Shown: positions 35,846 through 45,877, counted from the stretch's first letter. The stretch: 64,000 bases of DNA from Patescibacteria group bacterium (GCA_035510735.1 DATKGN010000012.1:9013-73012); one strand, 5' to 3'. Numbers and translations: made by a program. Notes: a model not told the origin generated them from the letters alone.

Positions 35846-36724
35846 ATGAGTGAAGAAAATTTATTATCTTTGGGAGCAACTCCGGACGATGATATAACAC
35901 CGGAGCGCTATGCTGTGGCAATTGAGCAATTGGAGGAATTCAGCCGTTTAGATCTTTTGGATATTAAATCGTTGGCGGACTTATCAACTGTAACTGCGTT
36001 AGTCAGATCCGCACTACGAGATATTATTGTTTCAGCTGGTGAATTAGATAAATATTCTATATCGGAGGTTTCGGTACCTGACATAGAAGGAAATCCAAGA
36101 ACTGGTATTCTACCAGGGTTCTATAATTACGAACACGAATTTGTTAAAGAACTTATTCACTTATCAATTGAGCAATACGGTGACGACGAACGTCTTATTC
36201 TCATTAAGCTTCAAAAATCCGTTGTAGATTTGCGTACTGATGAACAAGAACGACTGCGGATTCTCAATATTGTAAAAGGTTACGTGCCAGAGTTAATAAA
36301 TGGTATAACAGATGCCCTTCGTGGATTTAGTCCAGGAGGAGATTTAGATCAAACGATTCATACGGCTCTTATGGAAGTAATACAAGAAGCAATGGGTGGA
36401 ACAAGCAAGAAAGAGAGATCAGTCAATGCGAATACAATTATTAACGAAGTTATTAAATATCTCATTCATAGAATTGAAGAAGGACATGGTCCCATGAGGG
36501 AGATGCATGTTAACATGCCGGTTCGAAAGCATTTTGATGAATGTATGCCTGAAGAGCTAAAAGCCGTTGATTGTCTAAACGGTTTAGGTGTCTTCAGTCC
36601 TATAGATGAGCCTGACAATGTGCTAACTCACCAAGCGTTTTTTAGAGTATTTCAGGAGATCGTGAGAGACGTGTTGCCGACATTTCCTAAACCGTTTCAA
36701 GAGAAAAGAGAGGAAGCATTATGA
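35846..36724 (+). CDS. hypothetical protein (AT-rich relative to its flanks)
   Basis: 292 aa, acidic, no family match; about 38% GC against about 50% in the neighbouring TrpB-like and racemase genes. Confidence 0.45.
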   Translation: MSEENLLSLGATPDDDITPERYAVAIEQLEEFSRLDLLDIKSLADLSTVTALVRSALRDIIVSAGELDKYSISEVSVPDIEGNPRTGILPGFYNYEHEFVKELIHLSIEQYGDDERLILIKLQKSVVDLRTDEQERLRILNIVKGYVPELINGITDALRGFSPGGDLDQTIHTALMEVIQEAMGGTSKKERSVNANTIINEVIKYLIHRIEEGHGPMREMHVNMPVRKHFDECMPEELKAVDCLNGLGVFSPIDEPDNVLTHQAFFRVFQEIVRDVLPTFPKPFQEKREEAL

Positions 36725-37428
36725 AACAGAACAAACAAATCATTGGTGTGCTTGGCGGCATGGGGCCGCAGGCAAGTTGCGAGTTATATCGATTGCTTAT
36801 TGAAGGGGCAAGACGCAAGTTTGGTGCACGGATGAACGATGAGTACCCGGAAGTACTCATTGATTCGGTTCCGGTTCCTGATGCCTATGCGGATTTGACA
36901 AAAATGGAGGAAGTGGCACGAATGCTCGAAGACCGGATAAGCAGAATGACTCAGTATGGAGCTACATCCATATCAATGGCGTGTAATACCGTTTGTTTAT
37001 TTGCGGATCGGCTGCAGAAGAGGACGCCGCTGCCTGTAATTTCCGTTGTTGATGAAGTGGTGCGTGAAGTATCCAAGCATCATAAAAAGGTTTTATTGCT
37101 TGCTTCCTCAACGTCACTACGGCTCGGGTTATATCAAATTCGGCTTGCACGCGCAGGAATGTCTTATATGGTACCGGAGCCAAAGGAATATGACTTGTTG
37201 GATAGTCTCATTTTAGAAGTACTTGGGGGTCGAGATCGGAAGGATTTAATGGAAAAGTTGGTACATTTGGTTGAGCGACATGTTGCCTGTGAGAATATCG
37301 AAGCAATTGTTTTAGGGTGCACTGAATTGCCGCTTATATTCCCGACGGATAACCGTTTTCCGGTTTACAGTTCGCTTTCCGTACTCGCCGAAAGCTTATT
37401 AAAACGGTATTATAAGGAGGCCATATGA
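36721..37428 (+). CDS. aspartate/glutamate/hydantoin racemase-family protein
   Basis: IIGVLGGMGPQAS...SMACNTV...VLGCTELPLIF shows the two conserved Cys-containing blocks of Asp/Glu racemases. Confidence 0.7.
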   Translation: MKQNKQIIGVLGGMGPQASCELYRLLIEGARRKFGARMNDEYPEVLIDSVPVPDAYADLTKMEEVARMLEDRISRMTQYGATSISMACNTVCLFADRLQKRTPLPVISVVDEVVREVSKHHKKVLLLASSTSLRLGLYQIRLARAGMSYMVPEPKEYDLLDSLILEVLGGRDRKDLMEKLVHLVERHVACENIEAIVLGCTELPLIFPTDNRFPVYSSLSVLAESLLKRYYKEAI

Positions 37429-39824
37429 ATCTGAAAGATAAAATTGAATCAATTCTAGAAGAGAAAAAAGTTACCTATCGTTTTATTCCGCTGCCGGAAG
37501 ATTTGCCGCCGGATGTGCCATCGCATGCTGCGTTCCATGGAATTGGGATGAAAAACGCGATGACGACTATTTTGTACCGTACGGAAAAAGGGATTATCGC
37601 TGCAGTGAAGCGGGCTGATACAAAAGTTGACCCTAATCGATTAAAGGTTCTCGCGAAGGTAAAGGAGTTACAGTTTGCGTTAGAGGAAGATCTGAAACAA
37701 TTAGGCGTTGAGGTTGGCATGGTCCCATATCTTGGGCTTGATGCTCCGTTTTATATTGATACGTCGGTATTGGAAATCGGGAAAGCATACGGAACGGCAG
37801 CAATGAAAACCATGGGCATGGTGATGGACGCCAAAGACATGCCGAAGGTAAACGGCGGAACTGTCGGGGACTTTGCCATAGAAGTACCTACGGCAAGTTT
37901 AGAAAAATATGTACAAACGATAGATGCGCTTAAGAGTAGCGGTCTTTCGTATGAACTTATTAAACATCCGCCTATTAAAACCGTAGAAGAAGGTTTGGCA
38001 TATTTAGGAATTACTGCTGATCAGGGTGTGTCGACATTACTTTACAAAACAGAGAGCGGACCGGTTGCAGTGCTCAGGCGCGATGATCATCAACTATCAG
38101 ACCAAAAGATTAAAACTGCTCTTCAGATAAAAAGTCTTCTGATGTGTAAGCCGGCCGAGATTCTCGAGTTAACCGGTTGCGAGTCGGGGTATGTGTCGCC
38201 ATATAATCCGAAGATGACGATGCTTATGGATCAAACAATACTCGAAAAGAAGGTAGTGTATTTAGGTACTGGCAGCCCGGAATATGATTTGAAAATTAAA
38301 CCAAAGGATCTCGCAGTTTTCACCCACGCAAAAACTGCGGACGTTATTGAGTCAGGAGTTATCCGGTCAAAGCGCCGCATAGTCTCAGGGATCACCCCGA
38401 GCGGTGACGGGACGCTACACATCGGCAACTATCTTGGTGCGGTAGAGCAGTTTATACGGTTTGCGAAATCGTTTGAATGTTTTCTCTTTGTCGCCGACAT
38501 GCATGGACTTACGACGATCCAAGATAAAAAGCACTTATCAGGGAATATTGAAGCGTTAATTTTGAACGAACTTGCGCTTCTTATGGGATTTTTAACCAAA
38601 GAAGAATTTGAACGAATTGTGTTTTATCGACAATCGGATATCGCGATGCACGGTGAATTACAGTCTATTATCAATAACGTGACGCCGTTGGGACTACTTA
38701 AACGCGCTCATGCATATAAAGATAAACTTGCAAAAGACATATCGGAGGATGACATCAACCTCGGGCTTTTTAATTATCCAATTCTTATGGCGGCTGACAT
38801 CATTATGTATAACGCAGACATCGTGCCTGTGGGGAAGGACCAAAAACAGCATGTAGAAATTACCCGAGATATTGCTGAGCGGTTTAATAAAACGTACAAG
38901 AAGAAAATATTTACCCTACCGGAACCGCTTATTCCGCAGGAAGTCGGTGCGATCATCGGGACCGACGGAAAACGCAAAATGAGTAAAAGTCTCGGGAATA
39001 TCATCGCTATATTTGAACCGGAGGATGTTATCAGGAAGCAAGTGATGAGTACGTATACCGATCCTACCCGAAAACACGCGACCGATCCCGGACATATCGA
39101 GGGGAATATGGTGTTTACATACTTAGACTATTTCGGTGATAAGCAGCAGGTTATCAAGATGAAGGAAGAGTATAAGAAGGGAAAGATTTCTGATGTCGCC
39201 GTCAAAGAATATTTGTTTAAGAGCCTTATAAAATACTTTGCACCAGCGAGAAAAGCATACGAAGAGCTTAAAAATAATCCGGAGATGGTAAAAGAAATCC
39301 TTAGACGCGGACAAGAGCGTGCGCTCGCGATTGCGTTACGGAAAATGAGAGACGTGCGTGAGGTAATCGGGCTTACCACACGGTATTCATTTTCAAGCTC
39401 TATGGCGAAAAACAAAATTAATATTGGATCCCCAATCCCTCCTTCGTCAAAGACTATGGATGGGCACGGCGGGTCGGGGATGACAATTTCCATCGACGAT
39501 TTTGCTCATGTCGAACTCCGGGTCGGAAAAGTCGTCGAAGCGAAAAATAAAGAGGGGAGCGAGAGACTCATCCGATTGGTGGTTGATATTGGCGAGGAAA
39601 AATCGCGGATTATATTCACTGGTGTGCGGCCATTCGGCTATCAACCCTCGGATTTTGCAGGAAAACAATTTTTATTCATCACCAATCTTGCTCCGCGCAA
39701 GATGCTTGATGAGGAGTCACAGGGGATGATCCTCGCGGTTGATGGTCCTTCGACAGGCTCAGGATTGAATAAACCAATATTCGTGAGTGCCGAGGGGATG
39801 CCCATCGGTGCAAAAATAAGATAA
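37425..39824 (+). CDS. trpS: tryptophan--tRNA ligase fused to two N-terminal YbaK/ProX-like deacylase domains and a C-terminal tRNA-binding (Trbp111/EMAP-like) domain
   Basis: Residues about 1-290 form two tandem YbaK-like repeats (each with …G/KTI/LLY+TE.G….V/A.RD/AD…-type blocks). Residues about 310-640 carry the TrpRS core: GITPSGDGTLHIGNYLGAV (HIGH variant), and KMSKS (GKRKMSKSLGN). The C-terminal DFAHVELRVGKVVEAKNKEG...LIRLVVDIGEEKSRIIFTGVRPF...ITNLAPRKM is an OB-fold tRNA-binding domain. Confidence 0.65.
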   Translation: MNLKDKIESILEEKKVTYRFIPLPEDLPPDVPSHAAFHGIGMKNAMTTILYRTEKGIIAAVKRADTKVDPNRLKVLAKVKELQFALEEDLKQLGVEVGMVPYLGLDAPFYIDTSVLEIGKAYGTAAMKTMGMVMDAKDMPKVNGGTVGDFAIEVPTASLEKYVQTIDALKSSGLSYELIKHPPIKTVEEGLAYLGITADQGVSTLLYKTESGPVAVLRRDDHQLSDQKIKTALQIKSLLMCKPAEILELTGCESGYVSPYNPKMTMLMDQTILEKKVVYLGTGSPEYDLKIKPKDLAVFTHAKTADVIESGVIRSKRRIVSGITPSGDGTLHIGNYLGAVEQFIRFAKSFECFLFVADMHGLTTIQDKKHLSGNIEALILNELALLMGFLTKEEFERIVFYRQSDIAMHGELQSIINNVTPLGLLKRAHAYKDKLAKDISEDDINLGLFNYPILMAADIIMYNADIVPVGKDQKQHVEITRDIAERFNKTYKKKIFTLPEPLIPQEVGAIIGTDGKRKMSKSLGNIIAIFEPEDVIRKQVMSTYTDPTRKHATDPGHIEGNMVFTYLDYFGDKQQVIKMKEEYKKGKISDVAVKEYLFKSLIKYFAPARKAYEELKNNPEMVKEILRRGQERALAIALRKMRDVREVIGLTTRYSFSSSMAKNKINIGSPIPPSSKTMDGHGGSGMTISIDDFAHVELRVGKVVEAKNKEGSERLIRLVVDIGEEKSRIIFTGVRPFGYQPSDFAGKQFLFITNLAPRKMLDEESQGMILAVDGPSTGSGLNKPIFVSAEGMPIGAKIR

Positions 39825-39826
39825 AA

Positions 39827-39885
39827 CTGGATTCCCGCCGGAGTTTACCCCGTACTTGATGCGGGGCGGAAATGACAAGCTATGT
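39827..39885. repeat. MITE/REP-like hairpin repeat (copy 2): CTGGATTCCCGCCGGAG...GCGGGGCGGAAATGACAAG
   Basis: Shares the CTGGATTCC...GGAATGACAA termini with copies in polA (48566-48647) and at 58939-58965; lies between convergent trpS and the REC gene. Confidence 0.5.
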
Positions 39886-39929
39886 AGGGGCCGGTTGGGG
39901 AGAAAATCCGCTAATACAATTGCTGGAGG

Positions 39930-40325
39930 TTATTCGCTTAAGAATCCTTTTATTTTATTGATAACCTGATCGGGCGTGTAATCGCTTTTAATCATATATC
40001 CACGGGCTCCGAGTGACGTTGCGCTGGCAACAGCAGTCTCCTGACCAAGATTTGATAAGACAACAACCGCTTTATTTGGTAGAACAGGCGGGGTTTCGTT
40101 TTTCAGTTTTTCAAGAATCTTTAATCCGTCCATTTTGGGGAGCATGATATCAAGGAGAACGAGATCATATCCGCCTTCATGCATTTTCTGATACGCTTCG
40201 TCTCCATCAACCGCATGATCAACAACAAATCCCTCTTCTTCAAAAATATCGATATAGAGCTCTCTGATGTATTGATCGTCTTCAACAACGAGGATTTTTT
40301 TCGGTAGCGGTGGTACATCTGTCAT
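39930..40325 (-). CDS. stand-alone response regulator receiver (CheY-like)
   Basis: KILVVEDDQYIRELYIDIFEEEGFVVDHAVDGDEAYQKMHEGGYDLVLLDIMLPKMDGLKILEKLK has the phospho-acceptor Asp in LLDIMLP and the conserved Lys in SDYTPDQVINKIK context; no output domain. Confidence 0.75.
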   Translation of the reverse strand: MTDVPPLPKKILVVEDDQYIRELYIDIFEEEGFVVDHAVDGDEAYQKMHEGGYDLVLLDIMLPKMDGLKILEKLKNETPPVLPNKAVVVLSNLGQETAVASATSLGARGYMIKSDYTPDQVINKIKGFLSE

Positions 40326-40329
40326 ACGT

Positions 40330-41808
40330 TCAGTGTAGCTGACCCTCTCCTGGCTGTAAAGCTGGTGAAACGATATGTTGTGCTATGGGAAGAGTAAACG
40401 TGAACGTAGAGCCTTTTCCGTATTCCGAAAGCGCGGTAATGTTGCCGCCGTGAAGTTCGACATATTGTTTGCAAATATAGAGTCCGAGCCCTGATCCGCT
40501 TCCCGTGATGGTCACATATGATCCTTCCAGCCGGCCGAATTTCGTGAATAATTTTGCCATATCTTCAGCTCGGATGCCATGCCCCGTGTCAATAATAGAT
40601 GTTTCAATCACCGTATCTTTTGCTCTCATGATAATGCGGATCGTCCCGTCCTGTGGAGTAAATTTATAGGCGTTGCCGACAAGATTTTCCAATACCTGGC
40701 GAATTTTTTCCCGGTCAATGGATACCTCCGGCAGATTATCCGGGGCGTCAAGTGATAGGTTAATATGGAGTTCAGCGGTTTTCGCCTGAAATTCATTAAG
40801 AATGTCCGATGCCAAGTTTTTGAGATTGATATTTTCCCGCTTAAGTTGGACCTTACCGCTTTCAATTCGTGAGATATCAAGCATCTCATTCACGAGGTGA
40901 ATGAGCCGTTCCGTTGAGTTATATACGCGATTTATATACTCTTTCGCCTTTGGTTCCAGAGGGCCAGCCTTATTATTTAATACGAGCCATGCATAACTTT
41001 TTATCGCTGTCATGGGTGTCCGAAGTTCATGAGAGGCGAGCGAAACGAATTCGTTTTTGAGTTTATCGAGAAGTTCCAGTTTTTGGTTTGCAACCTGGAG
41101 TTTACTATTGGTTTTTTGAATGTTTTCCAGAAGCTTTGCGTGGTCTATGGTGATGGCCACCATACCAATAAGCTCCGAAAGAGTTTCTTTCTCCATTCGG
41201 GAAAGGTCATCAACATTTTTAGATAATCCCAGTGATAAAACCCCCAATGCACGATCTCCAAGAACGAGAGGATAGATGATGATCGTTTTGACTTTTGTAA
41301 TCCGCTTTATGGAATCCGCCGTTTCCTGATTGACCAAGGGGGTGAGAATGTCGAGGATATTGTCAGTAACTTTTTGTTCCACGTCGCGGATCGCTCTGAT
41401 GGTTAAATTATTTGCGTCATCAAGGGGAATAACTGCTTCTTCAAGTGGTTTACCTACGAGTTTAAGGCCTTCAAGCATCTGAGGACTTTTTGTCATGGCA
41501 ACCGGGCGAAGAACGTTTGCCTTTTTATCAACGAGAGTTATAATAGCGGCCGCAAAATTGAGCTCTCTGACGATTGTATCGGCGATGAGTTGCGTGACTT
41601 CAGCGACAGATTTGGCCTGCGTTGTGATGTCGGAAAGCCGACGTAGGATAAGAAGTGTTTTGTTGCGGATGGAAAGTTCGAAATTTTGCTTGTAGATTGC
41701 CTGACTAGCTTTTGCGATCAAAACCTCATCGTCATTAGTTTTATCAGTCAAAGGAGGGAACTTGGAAGATTGAGCAGAACCGATGCGAACAGGGTCTTGA
41801 GCAGGCAT
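40330..41808 (-). CDS. GAF-domain sensor histidine kinase (cytoplasmic)
   Basis: N-terminal GAF-like region, HisKA H-box (ASHELRTPMTAI), and HATPase N, G1 (IIDTGHGI) and G2 (GSGLGL) boxes. Confidence 0.75.
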   Translation of the reverse strand: MPAQDPVRIGSAQSSKFPPLTDKTNDDEVLIAKASQAIYKQNFELSIRNKTLLILRRLSDITTQAKSVAEVTQLIADTIVRELNFAAAIITLVDKKANVLRPVAMTKSPQMLEGLKLVGKPLEEAVIPLDDANNLTIRAIRDVEQKVTDNILDILTPLVNQETADSIKRITKVKTIIIYPLVLGDRALGVLSLGLSKNVDDLSRMEKETLSELIGMVAITIDHAKLLENIQKTNSKLQVANQKLELLDKLKNEFVSLASHELRTPMTAIKSYAWLVLNNKAGPLEPKAKEYINRVYNSTERLIHLVNEMLDISRIESGKVQLKRENINLKNLASDILNEFQAKTAELHINLSLDAPDNLPEVSIDREKIRQVLENLVGNAYKFTPQDGTIRIIMRAKDTVIETSIIDTGHGIRAEDMAKLFTKFGRLEGSYVTITGSGSGLGLYICKQYVELHGGNITALSEYGKGSTFTFTLPIAQHIVSPALQPGEGQLH

Positions 41809-41845
41809 ACTTTCATTATAGATCAGTTAGACTTCCTAAGAAGCC

Positions 41846-42130
41846 TCATTTGAGAATATCCGGAAGATCTTTATCTGAGATGGATAGTTGAGATTCTTTG
41901 ATGGCCTCCTTGCATACTTCTATGGAAGCTTTGCCAAAGAGTCGTTCAAATCGCTTCACGAGATTAGTTAATACCTCTTTTTCATTGCCTGTTATACGAA
42001 TGGTGTTTGAAGAATCAACCGTAATTCCGGTAACCATTTTTGCTTGATCGACAGCTAGAGGGCCAATTACGAGAAGTTGTCCCTTTAAAATGCTTGTCGC
42101 AAGCGCGGAATACAAGGTGGTGTCTGTCAT
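41846..42130 (-). CDS. small hypothetical protein (94 aa)
   Basis: ORF whose start overlaps the stop of the upstream membrane-protein gene by 4 nt (42127-42130), suggesting co-translation; no family match. Confidence 0.35.
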   Translation of the reverse strand: MTDTTLYSALATSILKGQLLVIGPLAVDQAKMVTGITVDSSNTIRITGNEKEVLTNLVKRFERLFGKASIEVCKEAIKESQLSISDKDLPDILK

Positions 42131-42951
42131 GGTGACTTTGACTGTAAGCGGTCAAACACTGTTTTAAATTGCAAAAGTGCGAGCGTCATAAGGAAATATG
42201 AAAATAGATACATATAATCATTTATCCCCCCGGCAAGCCATGTTCCACGACTTGCTTGATACAGAAACACATAATCAGAGAGGAATTGGAAACATAATGC
42301 AAACAAAATGAAGATTACCTTATTCTTCATGATTCCCCCTAGTACCCCTTTCGAAAGTAAATAAGTAAGTATTGCAAATGAAACATATGTCGCTTGTCCA
42401 AGGGGAGCTACAAATTCAAGAATGATGCTTGCCGGGTGGTTCCAATCGAATTTGTATCCCTGCAAAAATAGTAAGTATCCTAAAAATAACATAATAAATG
42501 GGATGAAAAGTGCCTGAATTTTTTGTTTATACGTTCGAAGATTAATAGCTACGCCAGATGCTTTAGCGAGGTAAAATGTGCCCAAGATAGAAAATGGGAT
42601 GCTGCTGAAATACCCAATATCTCCGATTGTTGGATACGGTGTCGGAGTGTGAAGTATAAGTGGATAATACGCATATGCTATTTGTCCAAATATTTGTCCA
42701 CCGAGTGCAGCAGAGAAAAATAAGAGTGCTTTCCCTATCACACTGTGGATTCCTCCCCATTTTTGTGCGATGAGTAGTCCCCATAGCATGCCCCATATTG
42801 CCATGATGACATAAATACTTATGAAATCACCTAGGAAACGTTTCTCCGGGGTAGGGCTGAATGAAGGCGCAACACGCCACCATATAGTCAGTACGATTAA
42901 TAAGACTGTGGCAACCTTCGCTTGCCACTCTTTTTTAATTGTTTCCATCAT
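42127..42951 (-). CDS. polytopic membrane protein, unknown function
   Basis: 274 aa with about 8 TM helices; part of the speH-like/ATP-grasp/GNAT operon. Confidence 0.45.
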   Translation of the reverse strand: MMETIKKEWQAKVATVLLIVLTIWWRVAPSFSPTPEKRFLGDFISIYVIMAIWGMLWGLLIAQKWGGIHSVIGKALLFFSAALGGQIFGQIAYAYYPLILHTPTPYPTIGDIGYFSSIPFSILGTFYLAKASGVAINLRTYKQKIQALFIPFIMLFLGYLLFLQGYKFDWNHPASIILEFVAPLGQATYVSFAILTYLLSKGVLGGIMKNKVIFILFALCFQFLSDYVFLYQASRGTWLAGGINDYMYLFSYFLMTLALLQFKTVFDRLQSKSP

Positions 42952-42984
42952 ATATTTTCACGATAGGTTGTATTGTGGGGCGTG

Positions 42985-43746
42985 TCAAGTATTGATGGAG
43001 TGGAGCATCCACACATTCGGTTCGACGTATGTTCCTCTATCATTTTCAAGATTTATATCCACCGGAACTAATGCTCCTTTTACGACGTAGAGACCACTTG
43101 TGGGAAAATTTATGTCAGTCCACCGTTTCCATTGGGCTACAGTGTCTTCTACGGTCATTGATGCGGGAGCAAGTTTTAGTATTTTTGCACCTAGCCGCCA
43201 ATGGATACCAATCCAGGGATCGAACGGTTCATCTGATGATAGAGACATGGTCCGTTGAAGATACGCTTCAATGGAAATCAGCGGATACTGAGACTTGAGT
43301 GAAGGTCGAACAGGCGCTATCAAATTGTCAAATCCATGCGATTTGGCAATTTCTTTCATGGCTTCAATCATCCGTCTGCTGAGACCCAGGCCGCGCAGCT
43401 CCGGCTTTAAAGTAATTTCGAGCGCACAGAGGGTGTTGGGTTGTTTTCCCGTTTTATATTGTTCAAATGCTAGTTCGTGTGCTTGCCCCCAGCCGGTTGG
43501 TAACCCGTCATTTGTGTGATCCCATGCTATTGGCAGGCTTAAACCACGAGCCACGACTTCACCGCTCGTGGGGTCGATCATGGCGTATTGGTAGTCAGGA
43601 AATATGTATTTCAGGCTTTCCCAATATTGCTTTGAGTACTGCTCTTGGAGCATAAAGGGTGGCCAATATGCAGCGAATTGATCTACTTCAGACTGAAGTT
43701 CCGGATGTTTTTGAAGGGTAAGTATTTCGTAACTCATATGACCCAC
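42985..43746 (-). CDS. GNAT-fold acyltransferase-like protein
   Basis: ALEITLKPELRGLGLSRRMIEAMKEIAKSHGFDNLIAPVRP has an R-x-x-G-x-G/S acyl-CoA binding-like motif in a GNAT beta4-alpha3 context. Confidence 0.45.
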   Translation of the reverse strand: MGHMSYEILTLQKHPELQSEVDQFAAYWPPFMLQEQYSKQYWESLKYIFPDYQYAMIDPTSGEVVARGLSLPIAWDHTNDGLPTGWGQAHELAFEQYKTGKQPNTLCALEITLKPELRGLGLSRRMIEAMKEIAKSHGFDNLIAPVRPSLKSQYPLISIEAYLQRTMSLSSDEPFDPWIGIHWRLGAKILKLAPASMTVEDTVAQWKRWTDINFPTSGLYVVKGALVPVDINLENDRGTYVEPNVWMLHSINT

Positions 43747-43812
43747 TTTATGTTTCTTCGCTCACAGATTTGCAGTTAGTATACTATCTTTAGTGCGACT
43801 GTTTGGTTCGTG

Positions 43813-45120
43813 CTAGGTGACTTTTGCCTCAAATATTGTCTTAACTTTTTGTAGGATCATCTGCGTCCGTTTCCACGAATCAGCTGCGATAGCGATATAT
43901 AATGATTTCCATGGGAGCATGCCCACATGAAATGGGATAACGCCCTCGGCACGTGGATTTTTTGCTGTAATAAGAAGTCTATTTGCTAATAGATGTGAAT
44001 AAATATCAGAAAATAATGCATGTTTTTTTAGGTGGATATGAGTTGTACAAAATCCACTGCCAATTTTCCCCCTAACTGCCAGAAGCATTTCAAGCGGTAA
44101 TGCCGTGAATGGAGTTCTTGCGTTTAATTCTAATAATATTGCTGAATCAGGATCAGCGAGCGTTTCTGCGGGAGATGTTATCAGAAAATCAGGTCCAAAC
44201 GAACCCGTTGCACCCTGCGCGGCCAGAGTTTGAGCTAATCGTTTTAAATGTCGTATAAGAGAGTTTCGCGCATTCTTGGAGATAGAAAGAGGTCTGGCTC
44301 CAATATATGTGACACCGTCAGCATCAATCATTTGTTGCCATGCAGCACATATAAAAGGGTTCGCACCCGGAGGGATTTCTATATGAGTGCCAACTGATAT
44401 GCAGTTTTCCAGCCAACCCTCTATAATGATTTTTTCTTTGTATTCCCGGAATGGTCTATTGAGTACAGAGACTACGAGTTGTTCTGCATTGTGGATACGA
44501 ATGGTTTGAAATTTTTTACTCAAGTATCCATTTACAGAGACATCATGTTTTATCACTATATAGTCAAATTGACTCGTAAGTGATTTGATTGCCTCCTTAA
44601 TCTGCTTCATGGTTGAGCAGACGTAGCCGGTGGGGGTAGGGATTTGTGCTTTTTTTGCTAGTAATCGAATGCCGCTTTTGGTGCCATAACGATTGTTGTG
44701 TTTCGCCGACCCATATATGTTAATGTTAAGAGCTTTAGCAAGTGCCTCTTCATGTTTAGTAAATGCAAATGGCAACAAGCGGACATTGCTATCAATTGTC
44801 TGCTTTATGAGATGGAGTGCCCATGGGTTGTGAAGAATTGTGGTCGACAGAAATGCGCGCTTTGTGACACCTGAAAGATTTATGATTTTTCCGCTTGGAA
44901 TGAGTGAATGAATGTATGAAATGTAGTTTGGATCAATATCTCGGACCACAGCAATATTTGTGTTATTTAGCCCTGCAAGGAAAAAACCTTCCTGCATTTG
45001 TTCAAATACGATGTTGTCCCATATGTCGATGGTTTGAGACCCTACGAGGAGAAGTTGTTTGGATTTGTAACCCGGTTTGAAGTACTCCTCCATATTGAGT
45101 GGTGGATTCGTTTGATTCAT
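43813..45120 (-). CDS. ATP-grasp domain carboxylate-amine ligase-like protein
   Basis: KSGIRLLAKKAQIPTPTGYVCSTMKQIKEAIKSL...YIVIKHDVSVNGYLSK...GSFGPDFLI...ILLELNARTP contains the ATP-grasp Mg/ATP-binding E-x-N-x-R end motif and preceding blocks; about 150-aa pre-ATP-grasp N-domain. Confidence 0.55.
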   Translation of the reverse strand: MNQTNPPLNMEEYFKPGYKSKQLLLVGSQTIDIWDNIVFEQMQEGFFLAGLNNTNIAVVRDIDPNYISYIHSLIPSGKIINLSGVTKRAFLSTTILHNPWALHLIKQTIDSNVRLLPFAFTKHEEALAKALNINIYGSAKHNNRYGTKSGIRLLAKKAQIPTPTGYVCSTMKQIKEAIKSLTSQFDYIVIKHDVSVNGYLSKKFQTIRIHNAEQLVVSVLNRPFREYKEKIIIEGWLENCISVGTHIEIPPGANPFICAAWQQMIDADGVTYIGARPLSISKNARNSLIRHLKRLAQTLAAQGATGSFGPDFLITSPAETLADPDSAILLELNARTPFTALPLEMLLAVRGKIGSGFCTTHIHLKKHALFSDIYSHLLANRLLITAKNPRAEGVIPFHVGMLPWKSLYIAIAADSWKRTQMILQKVKTIFEAKVT

Positions 45121-45319
45121 GGGGAATGTTTAATACGGTGAATACCGTTTCTCATGGAACCGTTTTATAAATTGCCAGTGTGAGGTCGCGTCGGGGTTGC
45201 CCAAGCCAAAAATTTGAAAGATATTGGAGTCCGTTTACGTACGTTCCTTCTCGCATACTCTGGTCGCCAAAAAGGTTATTACTACTATTTGGTTACCTAC
45301 GTTTGTGGGAAACCTAGGG

Positions 45320-45811
45320 TTATTTATTTATCGTTGGATACTGTAAACCTCGTTTGACGATTTGCAGTTCATGTTCTTTGAACGGAAAAGTTTTTTTGAT
45401 GTACCGAAGGAGCTCCTTAACATGGTTTTCAAAATTGCTGCATGAATACAGATCGAACGTAAAAAAACCACGCTTCGCGAATGTGTGGATGGAAATATGG
45501 GATTCCTTGATGAGGATGACCCCAGAAATACCTCCCGGGTCTCGATGAGAGGCGGATTCGTCAGCGTTGGCAATGAGTGGTGTGCTTAACCGGCACATTC
45601 CAATTTTTTCAGGAATCTCGTACAAAAATTTGTAAATGAGTTTCATATCGTTAAGGCGATCAAATGGGACGTCATACGCATCAAGCATCAGATGCATTCC
45701 CAATGTCGTTTTACCATTTGCCACGGGAAATAATTTCTTTTTGGACATATCGAACGATAGGATGTTACAACTTTGTAACATTAGCATAAGATTTACTTCT
45801 TCTTTAGTCAA
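45320..45811 (-). CDS. speH: pyruvoyl-dependent S-adenosylmethionine decarboxylase proenzyme family protein (SpeH-like)
   Basis: GMHLMLDAYDV...VILIKESHISIHTFAKRGFFTFDLYSC aligns with the bacterial/archaeal SpeH GRHLxxExYxC...[26 protein letters not shown] block, including the ES|H self-cleavage site. Confidence 0.6.
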   Translation of the reverse strand: MTKEEVNLMLMLQSCNILSFDMSKKKLFPVANGKTTLGMHLMLDAYDVPFDRLNDMKLIYKFLYEIPEKIGMCRLSTPLIANADESASHRDPGGISGVILIKESHISIHTFAKRGFFTFDLYSCSNFENHVKELLRYIKKTFPFKEHELQIVKRGLQYPTINK

Positions 45812-45877
45812 GCATATTTAACAAATATGGGATTATGTGCTATCTTCTTTAACGGCACTGCCCTAATACAATAAACA

